A program made the position numbers and the translations under genes. The notes under the pieces were generated by a model. That model made no database searches. It saw nothing but the letters and a program-made list of their open reading frames with translations, and was not told where the DNA came from. 32,000 nt of DNA from the NCBI RefSeq assembly GCF_001457595.1, contig NZ_LN831039.1:6480001-6512000 (forward strand). Reading direction: 5' to 3'. Origin of the DNA: Mycolicibacterium smegmatis. GTDB taxonomy: Bacteria; Actinomycetota; Actinomycetes; Mycobacteriales; Mycobacteriaceae. Shown here one piece after another: positions 13,727 to 20,849 of the stretch. Position 1 is the first letter of the stretch; each line of letters starts with the position of its first letter.

Positions 13727-14644
13727 GTGCCGAACCGCCGTCGACGCAAGCTCTCGACAGCCATGAGCGCAGTCGCCGCAGTGGCCGTCGCAAGTCCAGT
13801 CGCCCTGATTGCCGTAACTCAGCATTCCCCCGCACCTCAACACCGCGAGTTCACCCAGGCCGCGCTGGTCACCGACCTCCCCGGCGAGCTGATGTCCGCG
13901 CTTTCGCAGGGCCTGTCCCAGTTCGGCATCAACCTGCCGCCCATGCCCTCGCTGACCGGTGGCGCCGCGACGCCGTCGCTGGCCTCCCCGACACTGACCT
14001 CCCCCGGTCTGGCCTCCCCTGGTTTGACCTCCCCGGGCTTGACCCCAGGTTTGACGCCGGGCTTGACGACGCCGTCGCTGACCGACCCCGGTCTGACCAA
14101 CCCGGCCCTGACCAATCCGGCGCTGACCAGCCCCGACGGCCTGACCTCGCCGGGTCTCACGACGCCGAGCCTGACCAGCCCGGGCCTGACCACGCCGGAC
14201 GCGTCGCTGGGCACCACGCCGTCGCTCACGGATCCGGGTCTGACCAACCCCGCGCTGACCACGCCGTCGCTCACCACTCCCGGCCTGGCCACGCCCTCGA
14301 CCGGTCTGACCACCCCCGGCCTGGATCCGTCCCTGACGCCGATCTCCAACGCCGCGGGCCTGCCCGCACCCGGTGAGGTGCCGATCTCGGCGCCGGTCGG
14401 CCTGGATCCGAGCCTGGGGACCTATCCGATCCTGGGTGATCCGTCGCTCGCGACCATGCCTGCCGCGAGCACGGGAGGCGGCGGCCTGTTCGGTGATCTG
14501 TCCGCCGCGGCCGATCAGCTGGGCGCGGGCCAGGCGATCGACCTGCTCAAGGGCATGGTGCTCCCGGCCATCACCCAGGCCATCCAGTCCGGTGCGCAGG
14601 CGGCCCCGGCCGCCGCACCGGCACCCGTGCCGCCGCCTGCCTGA
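13727..14644 (+). CDS. erp: Exported repetitive protein Erp/PirG (Rv3810 homolog)
   Basis: GTG 13727 is preceded by gaggag with a 6-nt spacer. The N-terminus PNRRRRKLSTAMSAVAAVAVASP matches Erp, as does the conserved block DLPGELMSALSQGLSQFGINLPP. There is a central PGLTS-type repeat domain and a conserved C-terminal GAGQAIDLLKGMVLPAI. The track start (TTG 13694) is upstream of the SD. Confidence 0.9.
   Translation: MPNRRRRKLSTAMSAVAAVAVASPVALIAVTQHSPAPQHREFTQAALVTDLPGELMSALSQGLSQFGINLPPMPSLTGGAATPSLASPTLTSPGLASPGLTSPGLTPGLTPGLTTPSLTDPGLTNPALTNPALTSPDGLTSPGLTTPSLTSPGLTTPDASLGTTPSLTDPGLTNPALTTPSLTTPGLATPSTGLTTPGLDPSLTPISNAAGLPAPGEVPISAPVGLDPSLGTYPILGDPSLATMPAASTGGGGLFGDLSAAADQLGAGQAIDLLKGMVLPAITQAIQSGAQAAPAAAPAPVPPPA
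13970..14341 (+). repeat. In-frame degenerate tandem pentapeptide repeats (P[GAS]LT[SNTD]) of Erp, roughly 24 units
   Basis: Translated run TPSLASPTLTSPGLASPGLTSPGLTPGLTPGLTTPSLTDPGLTNPALTNPALTSP...TPGLDPSLTP; 15-nt periodicity is visible in the DNA. Confidence 0.85.
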
Positions 14645-14677
14645 TCCAGGCGAGTCAACAAGCGTCACCCGAAACGG

Positions 14678-14705
14678 CACCGCAGAAGCCTCGCGCTCTG
14701 CGGTG
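14678..14705 (+). terminator. Hairpin downstream of erp
   Basis: Perfect 9-bp stem CACCGCAGA-(10-nt loop)-TCTGCGGTG, 34 nt after the erp stop, followed by tcgttgcggttgcg (interrupted T-run). Confidence 0.5.
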
Positions 14706-14778
14706 TCGTTGCGGTTGCGTCCAGATTCGCGGGCGATCGTGATGCGTGTCGCATCATTAGTAACAACAGACGCATACG

Positions 14779-14784
14779 TAACAT
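14779..14784 (+). promoter_or_regulatory. Candidate -10 (TAACAT) positioned for a leaderless transcript starting at GTG 14791
   Basis: TANNNT hexamer at -12..-7 relative to the GTG. No Shine-Dalgarno in the 6 intervening nt (cagtcc). Confidence 0.35.
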
Positions 14785-14790
14785 CAGTCC

Positions 14791-16401
14791 GTGCAGTCAC
14801 GTCGTCCCGCGCCGTCGATCCTGTTCACCGCGATCGCGGCGACCCTGATCGTCGTCCCGTGGGCGCTCAGCGGGACCGGCGACGAACATCACAACCCCGC
14901 AGCCGACGCCCCGTCGCTCACGCAGCAGCCCCTCGACGACCTCGGTGGCGGCGAGACCATCCGGGAGATCCACCAGGACGAGCCGTTCTCCCTGGTCGCG
15001 CTGACCGCACAGGACCTCGACGGCACCTCGGCGCGCATCCGCGCCAAGAAGGCAGACGGGTCGTGGGGGCCGTGGTACGAGGCCGAGGCCCTCGACGGCG
15101 TCGGCGCCGACACCCCGGGCCCGCGCGGCACCGATCCGGTGTTCGTCGGACGCACCAACACCGTGCAGATCGCGATCACCCGGCCCGAGAACGCCGCGCC
15201 GACCGCCCCGGCCCCCAAGAACAAGGACGACAAGAACAAGCCCGATCTGGGCTACCGGCCCGCAACCGTGCAACAACCGCTGGGCCAGAACGTCACCGCG
15301 GTGCTGATCAGCCCGCCGCAGGCGCCCGCCGACATCGGCCCGCTGCCCACGGCCGTCACGGCCCCCGGCGTTCCGCCGCACATCATCGGCCGCGCGCAGT
15401 GGGGCGCCGACGAATCGATGCGGTGCCCGGCCGTGTACGACGCGGGGATCCGGGCCGGCATCGTGCACCACACGGCGGGCAGCAACGACTACGCGCCCGA
15501 GGATTCGGCGGGCATCGTGCGGTCGATCTACGAGTACCACACGAGAACTCTGGGCTGGTGCGACATCGCCTACAACGCGCTGGTCGACAAGTACGGGCAG
15601 GTCTTCGAGGGCCGGGCAGGCGGCATGGACCGGCCCGTGGAGGGCGCCCACACCGGCGGCTTCAACCGCGACACCTGGGGTGTGGCGATGATGGGGAACT
15701 TCGACGCGGTGCCCCCGACCCCGATCCAGTTGCGCACCACCGGAAGACTGCTGGGCTGGCGCCTGGGCCTGGACCGCATCGATCCGCACGGCACCGTGGT
15801 GCTCGCATCGGAAGGCGGGTCGTTCACCCACTTCCCGCGCGGCGCCACCCCGACGCTGCCCGCGATCTTCACGCACCGCGACGTCGGCAACACCGACTGC
15901 CCGGGCAACGCGGCATACGCCGAGATGGGCCGCCTGCGCGACATCGCCGCCCGGTTCAACCAGCCACCCGGACCCGAGGAACTCGCCGAGCAGATGCGCG
16001 GCGGCGCGATATTCGCGCGGTGGGAGTCCGTCGGCGGGCCCGCGGGTCCGCTCGGCAACCCGACCTCACCCGAGGCCGCGGCCGAGGGCGAGGCCCGCTA
16101 CGCGACCTTCGAGCGCGGTGCGATCTACTGGTCCCCCGTCACCGGGGCGCAGCCGCTCACCGGCGCGATCTACGAGGCCTGGGGCCGACTGGGTTTCGAG
16201 CGCGGTGCGCTGGGCCTGCCGACCAGCGGTGAGATCCACGAGCCGCTGTGGATCAAGCAGAACTTCCAGCACGGCACGCTGAACTTCGACCGTGAGAAGC
16301 ACACCGTGGTCCGCGTCATCGACGGTGTGCCACAGGAACTCCCACCCGCGGCCCCCGACGATCAGCCCGTGCAGCTCGAGCGCTTCACGCCGATCGCCTG
16401 A
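14791..16401 (+). CDS. Secreted N-acetylmuramoyl-L-alanine amidase (PGRP/Amidase_2 domain) with C-terminal LGFP repeats, Rv3811 (Csp) homolog
   Basis: 536-aa ORF with a signal-like N-terminus QSRRPAPSILFTAIAATLIVVPWALSG. Amidase_2 motifs IVHHTAGSNDY, DIAYNALVDKYGQVFEGRAGG, GAHTGGFNRDTWGV and HRDVGNTDCPGN. The C-terminal repeats have GPLGNPTS / GALGLPTSGE (LGFP type). Confidence 0.85.
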   Translation: MQSRRPAPSILFTAIAATLIVVPWALSGTGDEHHNPAADAPSLTQQPLDDLGGGETIREIHQDEPFSLVALTAQDLDGTSARIRAKKADGSWGPWYEAEALDGVGADTPGPRGTDPVFVGRTNTVQIAITRPENAAPTAPAPKNKDDKNKPDLGYRPATVQQPLGQNVTAVLISPPQAPADIGPLPTAVTAPGVPPHIIGRAQWGADESMRCPAVYDAGIRAGIVHHTAGSNDYAPEDSAGIVRSIYEYHTRTLGWCDIAYNALVDKYGQVFEGRAGGMDRPVEGAHTGGFNRDTWGVAMMGNFDAVPPTPIQLRTTGRLLGWRLGLDRIDPHGTVVLASEGGSFTHFPRGATPTLPAIFTHRDVGNTDCPGNAAYAEMGRLRDIAARFNQPPGPEELAEQMRGGAIFARWESVGGPAGPLGNPTSPEAAAEGEARYATFERGAIYWSPVTGAQPLTGAIYEAWGRLGFERGALGLPTSGEIHEPLWIKQNFQHGTLNFDREKHTVVRVIDGVPQELPPAAPDDQPVQLERFTPIA

Positions 16402-16438
16402 GCCGAAAATCCCGAAAGCCCGAAAAGCCCGAAAAGCC
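16402..16438. repeat. A-rich short tandem repeat filling the whole convergent intergenic gap: GCCGAAAAT-CCCGAAA-GCCCGAAAA-GCCCGAAAA-GCC
   Basis: Read directly. There are four CCGAAA(A) units between the amidase stop (16399-16401) and the HAD stop (16439-16441). No self-complementary stem. Confidence 0.7.
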
Positions 16439-17263
16439 TCAGCCCCACCAGCGTTCGAGCACGGTCGCCACACCGTCCTCGGCGTTGGTGGTGGTGACCT
16501 CGTCGGCAGCGGCCTTGGCCTCGGGATGCGCGTTGCCCATCGCCACGCCGCGGCCGGCCCAGCTGAGCATCGGGACGTCGTTGGGCATGTCGCCGAACGC
16601 GACGATGTCGGCGTCGGTGAGCCCGAGCGGGCCCGCGAGTTCGGCGACGCCCGTGGCCTTGCTGATGCCCGACGGCACGATCTCGATGAGGCCGTTGTTG
16701 GTCGAGTAGGTGATGTCGCCCTGCGCGCCGATGTGCTTGACCAGTTCGGCGGCCATGTCGGCACTCTGCGCCCCCGCCTTGCGGATCAACAGCTTCACCG
16801 CGGGCGCGCTCAGCAGATCCTCGACCGACACCTCGGTGTTGTCCGGGTTGAGCCACGCGTGCTCGTAACCGGGCGAGCTGACGAACTGAGGTGTGGCGGC
16901 GTCATGGGCCGAGCGGCCCACGCGTTCGACGGCCAGGCCCGCACCGGGGATCACGTGCGTCGCGATGTCGGCGAGTTCGGCGAGCATCTCCGGCGACAGC
17001 GTGCGCGCCGAGACGATCCGGTCGGTGGCGGGGTCGTAGATCACCGCCCCGTTGGCACAGACCGCCATGGGTGCCAGGCCAAGCCCGTCCACCACGGGCT
17101 GGATCCACCGCGGCGGGCGCCCCGTCGCGAGCACGAACGTCGCACCCGCGGCGACGGCCGCCCGGACCGCGGCGCGGGTACGCGGCGTGACCCGCTCGTC
17201 TTCGTCGAGCAGCGTGCCGTCGACGTCGGTGGCGATGAGCCCCGGCGTTTTGTCAGAGGTCAC
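16439..17263 (-). CDS. HAD-superfamily (Cof-type) phosphatase, Rv3813c homolog
   Basis: HAD motifs IATDVDGTLL (DxDxT), LATGRP and FGDMPNDVPML. The start is placed at GTG 17263 (VTSDKTPGLIATD), in a GTGA overlap with the upstream acyltransferase stop (17260-17262), giving 274 aa. The 379-aa track ORF reads through the acyltransferase gene. Confidence 0.8.
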   Translation of the reverse strand: MTSDKTPGLIATDVDGTLLDEDERVTPRTRAAVRAAVAAGATFVLATGRPPRWIQPVVDGLGLAPMAVCANGAVIYDPATDRIVSARTLSPEMLAELADIATHVIPGAGLAVERVGRSAHDAATPQFVSSPGYEHAWLNPDNTEVSVEDLLSAPAVKLLIRKAGAQSADMAAELVKHIGAQGDITYSTNNGLIEIVPSGISKATGVAELAGPLGLTDADIVAFGDMPNDVPMLSWAGRGVAMGNAHPEAKAAADEVTTTNAEDGVATVLERWWG

Positions 17264-18021
17264 CGGTTGGTCTTCGCTTTCCGTTCGGCACGTTTGCGGG
17301 CCCGTTCGGCCAGTTCCGCCTCGTCGCGGCGTTTGGCCTCTTCGGGTGTGGGCGCCCCGCCGCCGAGGCGGCGCGGCACCCAAAAGGCCCCGGGCGGGGC
17401 GGGATAGTCGCGCTGTGCGCTCTCGAGCATGTCCGACATGGCCGCGCGCAGGGCCGCGCCGAGTTCGTCGGGAGATCCCGAAGCCTCGATGGGCGGCCCG
17501 ACGCAGACGTTGATCGGGATCTTTTTGCGCCCGATCGCCCTCGGGTGGTCCTTGGTCCAGATGCGCTGCGCACCCCACACGATCAGCGGGATGATCGGAA
17601 CCCCGGCCTCCAGCGCCATCCGCACGGCGCCGGTCTTGAACTCCTTGAGCTCGAAACTGCGGCTGATCGTCGCCTCGGGGTACACCCCGACGAGTTCACC
17701 GGCCCGCAGCGCCTCGACCGCGGCGGCGTAGGCCCCCGCGCCCGCGCTGCGGTCCACCGGGATGGTGCCGGTGTGTCTGATCAGGTAGCGGATCACGGCC
17801 ACCTGTTCCATCTCGGCCTTGATCATGAACCGCATGCGGCGGCCACGTTCGGTCGCGGCGAGACCCGCGGGCAGGAAGTCGACGTAGCTGGTGTGGTTGA
17901 TCGCAACCACCGCACCGCCGGTCGCCGGCAGATTCTCCAGGCCGCTGAAGGTGATCCGGGATCCGGTGGCCCGGACCGCAAGCCGCGCCGCGATCTCCAA
18001 ACTGCGGAAAACCGGTTCCAT
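17260..18021 (-). CDS. PlsC-type lysophospholipid/1-acylglycerol-3-phosphate acyltransferase (Rv3814c-3816c family)
   Basis: 253-aa ORF with the HX4D motif AINHTSYVDF, YPEATISRSFELKEFKTGA and PIIPLIVWGAQ. The C-terminal tail is charged: EEAKRRDEAELAERARKRAERKAKTNR. Confidence 0.85.
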   Translation of the reverse strand: MEPVFRSLEIAARLAVRATGSRITFSGLENLPATGGAVVAINHTSYVDFLPAGLAATERGRRMRFMIKAEMEQVAVIRYLIRHTGTIPVDRSAGAGAYAAAVEALRAGELVGVYPEATISRSFELKEFKTGAVRMALEAGVPIIPLIVWGAQRIWTKDHPRAIGRKKIPINVCVGPPIEASGSPDELGAALRAAMSDMLESAQRDYPAPPGAFWVPRRLGGGAPTPEEAKRRDEAELAERARKRAERKAKTNR

Positions 18022-18027
18022 ACGCTG

Positions 18028-18819
18028 CTACCCCGGCGCCCCGGAGGGTTCGGCAGGTCCTGAGCCGCTCTGCTTCGCGCGCCGCGCGGCCTTCTCGGCC
18101 GCCTCCTCGGCGTCCATCAGGTTCGCCTCGGCCAGCGACGGTGCGCCGCCGCCCAGCCGGTGCGGCACCCAGAACTCACCCGCCGGATGCGGACCGTAGG
18201 AGTCCTGCACCTGCTCCAGCAGGTGCTGCATGCGCGAGTGCAGCAACGCGGTCAGTTCCGGCGCGGGCAGCGTCGGTGCGATGGGCTCGCCGACGGCGAT
18301 GAAGATCGGCACCTTGGGCCGGTACAGGTTCTTCGGACGTCCCTTGGTCCAGATGCGCTGGGCGCCCCACACGATGTGCGGGATGATCGGCACGTCCGCC
18401 TCGATCGCCATGCGCGCGGCGCCGGACTTCAGCTCCTTGATCTCGAAGCTGCGGCTGATCGTCGCCTCGGGGTACACGCCGACGAGTTCGCCGGCCTTGA
18501 GGTACTCGCAGGCCTGCTCGAACGAGGCCGCGCCGCTGTGGCGGTCCACCTCGATGTGGCGCAGGCTGCGCATGATCGGACCGGTGATCTTGTTGTCGAA
18601 GACTTCCTTCTTCGCCATGAAGCGCACCTTGCGGCCCCGCTTCTGCAAATAGGCCGGCAGCCCGGCGAAGGTGAAGTCGAAGTAGCTGGTGTGGTTGATC
18701 GCCACCACCGCGCCGCCGGTGACGGGCAGGTTCTCCACCCCGGTCACCGTGAACTTGAGCCCTTGCAACCGCCAGGCCAGGCGGGCCAGTTGGATGACAG
18801 TCCCGTACACCGGTTCCAC
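18028..18819 (-). CDS. PlsC-type acyltransferase, tandem paralog of 17260..18021
   Basis: Only the C-terminal 263 codons of the 821-aa track ORF look real: VEPVYGTVIQLARLAWRLQGLKFTVTG...AINHTSYFDF...YPEATISRSFEIKELKSGA, colinear with the neighbouring paralog (MEPVFRSLEIAARLAVR...). The GTG at 18819 is chosen by that alignment, and codons between 18840 and 18819 have low third-position GC. GTG 18840 is an alternative start. Confidence 0.8.
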   Translation of the reverse strand: MEPVYGTVIQLARLAWRLQGLKFTVTGVENLPVTGGAVVAINHTSYFDFTFAGLPAYLQKRGRKVRFMAKKEVFDNKITGPIMRSLRHIEVDRHSGAASFEQACEYLKAGELVGVYPEATISRSFEIKELKSGAARMAIEADVPIIPHIVWGAQRIWTKGRPKNLYRPKVPIFIAVGEPIAPTLPAPELTALLHSRMQHLLEQVQDSYGPHPAGEFWVPHRLGGGAPSLAEANLMDAEEAAEKAARRAKQSGSGPAEPSGAPG

Positions 18820-18826
18820 AGCCGCA

Positions 18827-18832
18827 AGCGTA
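18827..18832 (-). promoter_or_regulatory. Candidate -10 (TACGCT on the minus strand) 7 nt upstream of GTG 18819, suggesting a leaderless start
   Basis: TANNNT at -13..-8 with no SD between. Inference only. Confidence 0.3.
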
Positions 18833-18938
18833 ATGCCCACGGGTTGCGCGGCGTAGACGCGTGGCCCGCCCGCACGCGGCTGACCTGCCGGACTTCGGTC
18901 CGACGCCGGGTTCCAGCTAGGCTGGCGAAGCACTCTTG

Positions 18939-18952
18939 TTTCACCAGTGAAA
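18939..18952 (+). promoter_or_regulatory. Perfect inverted repeat TTTCAC-ca-GTGAAA overlapping the SD of the MBL-Rieske gene
   Basis: Read directly. It lies 9-22 nt upstream of GTG 18961; the right arm overlaps gaaagg. Confidence 0.4.
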
Positions 18953-18960
18953 GGCTGTTT

Positions 18961-20517
18961 GTGCAGGTCACCAGTGTCGGGCACGCCGGCTTTCTGATCG
19001 AGTCCCGGGCAGGCAGCATCCTGTGCGACCCCTGGGTCAACCCCGCTTATTTCGCCTCGTGGTTCCCGTTCCCGGACAACAGCCAACTCGACTGGGACGC
19101 GCTCGGCGACGTCGACTACCTCTACGTGTCGCACCTGCACAAGGACCACTTCGACCCCGAGCACCTGCGCCGGTACGTCAACAAGGACGCCGTGGTGCTG
19201 CTGCCGGACTACCCGGTGCCCGATCTGCGCCGCGAGCTCGAGAAGCTGGGCTTCCACAACTTCTTCGAGACCACCGACTCGGTCAAGCACACCGTCAGCG
19301 GCCCCAAGGGCGACCTCGACGTGATGATCATCGCGCTGCGCGCGCCCGCCGACGGCCCGATCGGGGACTCCGGTCTGGTGGTTTCGGACCGCGTCACCAC
19401 CGTTTTCAATATGAACGACGCGCGTCCGGTCGATCTCGATGTGCTGCACACCGACTTCGGCCAGATCGACGTGCACATGCTGCAGTACTCGGGCGCGATC
19501 TGGTACCCGATGGTCTACGACATGCCCGCGCGCGCCAAGGAGGCGTTCGGCATCCAGAAGCGCCAGCGGCAGATGGACCGCTGCCGTCAGTACATCGCGC
19601 AGGTCGGTGCGACCTGGGTGGTGCCGTCGGCGGGCCCGCCGTGCTTCCTGGACCCCGAGCTGCGCGATCTCAACGACGACCACGGCGACCCGGCCAACAT
19701 CTTCCCGGACCAGATGGTGTTCCTGGAGCAGCTGCGCATCCACGGCCACGACGGCGGCCTGCTGATGATCCCCGGCAGCACTGCCGATTTCACGGGTTCG
19801 ACGCTCAACTCGCTGACGCATCCGGTGGACGATCCCGAGTCGATCTTCACCACGGGCAAGGCCGCGTACATCGAGGACTACGCGCAGCGCATGGCACCGG
19901 TGCTGGCCGCGGAGAAGGCGCGCTGGGCCCCGTCGGCCGGCGAGCCGATGCTGGAGGCGCTGCGCGCGCTGTTCGAGCCGATCATGACGCAGACCGACCA
20001 GATCTGCGACGGCATCGGCTACCCCGTCGAGCTGCGGCTGACCGGCCGCGACCACAACGAGACCGTGGTGCTCGACTTCCCCAAACGGGTTGTCCGCGAA
20101 CCGATCCCCGACGAGAGGTTCCGCTACGGCTTCGAGATCCCCGCCGCTCTGGTGCGTACGGTGTTGCGCGACGAGGAACCGGACTGGGTCAACACGATAT
20201 TCTTGTCGACGCGGTTCAGGGCCTGGCGTGTGGGCGGGTACAACGAGTATCTGTACACGTTCTTCAAGTGCCTCACCGACGAGCGGATCGCCTACGCCGA
20301 CGGCTGGTTCGCCGAGGCCCACGACGACTCGTCGTCGATCACCCTGGACGGCTTCCAGATCCAGCGGCGCTGCCCGCACCTGAAGGCCGACCTGTCGAAG
20401 TTCGGTGTGGTGGAAGGCAACACGCTGACCTGCAACCTGCACGGCTGGCAGTGGAACCTGGAGAACGGCAGGTGCCTGACCACCAAGGGCCACGAACTGA
20501 GGTGCCAGAAGCTGTGA
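18961..20517 (+). CDS. Metallo-beta-lactamase-fold domain fused to a C-terminal Rieske [2Fe-2S] domain, Rv3818 homolog, function unknown
   Basis: GTG 18961 is preceded by gaaagg. The protein starts VQVTSVGHAGFLIESRAGSILCDPW and carries YLYVSHLHKDHFDPEHL (HxHxDH). The C-terminal CPHLKADLSKFGVVEGNTLTCNLHGW fits CxH-x17-CxxH. It is 518 aa. The 785-aa track ORF extends upstream, antisense to the acyltransferase gene. Confidence 0.8.
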   Translation: MQVTSVGHAGFLIESRAGSILCDPWVNPAYFASWFPFPDNSQLDWDALGDVDYLYVSHLHKDHFDPEHLRRYVNKDAVVLLPDYPVPDLRRELEKLGFHNFFETTDSVKHTVSGPKGDLDVMIIALRAPADGPIGDSGLVVSDRVTTVFNMNDARPVDLDVLHTDFGQIDVHMLQYSGAIWYPMVYDMPARAKEAFGIQKRQRQMDRCRQYIAQVGATWVVPSAGPPCFLDPELRDLNDDHGDPANIFPDQMVFLEQLRIHGHDGGLLMIPGSTADFTGSTLNSLTHPVDDPESIFTTGKAAYIEDYAQRMAPVLAAEKARWAPSAGEPMLEALRALFEPIMTQTDQICDGIGYPVELRLTGRDHNETVVLDFPKRVVREPIPDERFRYGFEIPAALVRTVLRDEEPDWVNTIFLSTRFRAWRVGGYNEYLYTFFKCLTDERIAYADGWFAEAHDDSSSITLDGFQIQRRCPHLKADLSKFGVVEGNTLTCNLHGWQWNLENGRCLTTKGHELRCQKL

Positions 20518-20846
20518 CCGCGCCGCGGCAGTACTACGACGACGGCCTGGTCCAGCTGGACCAGGAGGCGATCACGTTGCGCCGCTACCACTTTCCGTCG
20601 GGCACGTCGAAGGTGATCCCGCTGCGCGACGTGCGCGGCTACACCGCGACCGGGCTGGATCTGCTGCACCGGTTCCGGCTGTGGGGCAGCGCGGATCTGC
20701 GTCGCTGGCTGCCGCTGGACGTCGGCCGTCCGCTGCGCTCGACGCTGGTCACCCTCGACGTCGCCGGGACGCGGTGGCGCCCCGCGTTCACCCCCGCCGA
20801 TCCCGATGAGTTCACCGCGCGGCTCGACGAACTGCTGAAATCCTGA
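20514..20846 (+). CDS. Small conserved hypothetical protein (110 aa), translationally coupled to the MBL-Rieske gene (Rv3819-like position)
   Basis: GTG 20514 forms a GTGA overlap with the Rieske stop (20515-20517). Third-position GC is very high throughout. It is the C-terminal part of track ORF 19023..20846. The sequence is VTAPRQYYDDGLVQLDQEAITLRRYHFPSGTSKVIPLRDVRGY... Confidence 0.7.
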   Translation: MTAPRQYYDDGLVQLDQEAITLRRYHFPSGTSKVIPLRDVRGYTATGLDLLHRFRLWGSADLRRWLPLDVGRPLRSTLVTLDVAGTRWRPAFTPADPDEFTARLDELLKS

Positions 20847-20849
20847 ACG

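Noticed and set aside
13598-14800. 400-aa minus-strand ORF rich in GQ/RR/GR repeats
   Set aside because: It is the mirror image of the Erp PGLTS repeat region, so the repetitiveness is inherited from the sense strand. It also runs through the glf-erp promoter region and the erp terminator.
14373-16232. 619-aa + ORF and 359-aa minus ORF (14797..15876) overlapping the amidase gene
   Set aside because: These are alternative frames of the 14791..16401 gene, which alone shows Amidase_2 and LGFP motifs. The alternatives are Arg/Pro/Gly-rich.
16374-16460. 11-bp long-range complementarity (GCTCGAGCGCT / AGCGTTCGAGC) flanking the A-rich repeat, which could look like a bidirectional terminator stem
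   Set aside because: Both arms lie inside the coding 3' ends and simply reflect both proteins encoding Leu-Glu-Arg on opposite strands. A ~65-nt loop makes a functional terminator unlikely.
18820-20493. N-terminal ~558 codons of the 821-aa minus ORF 18028..20493
   Set aside because: This part is antisense to the MBL-Rieske gene and has no homology. Only the last 263 codons align with the neighbouring acyltransferase paralog.
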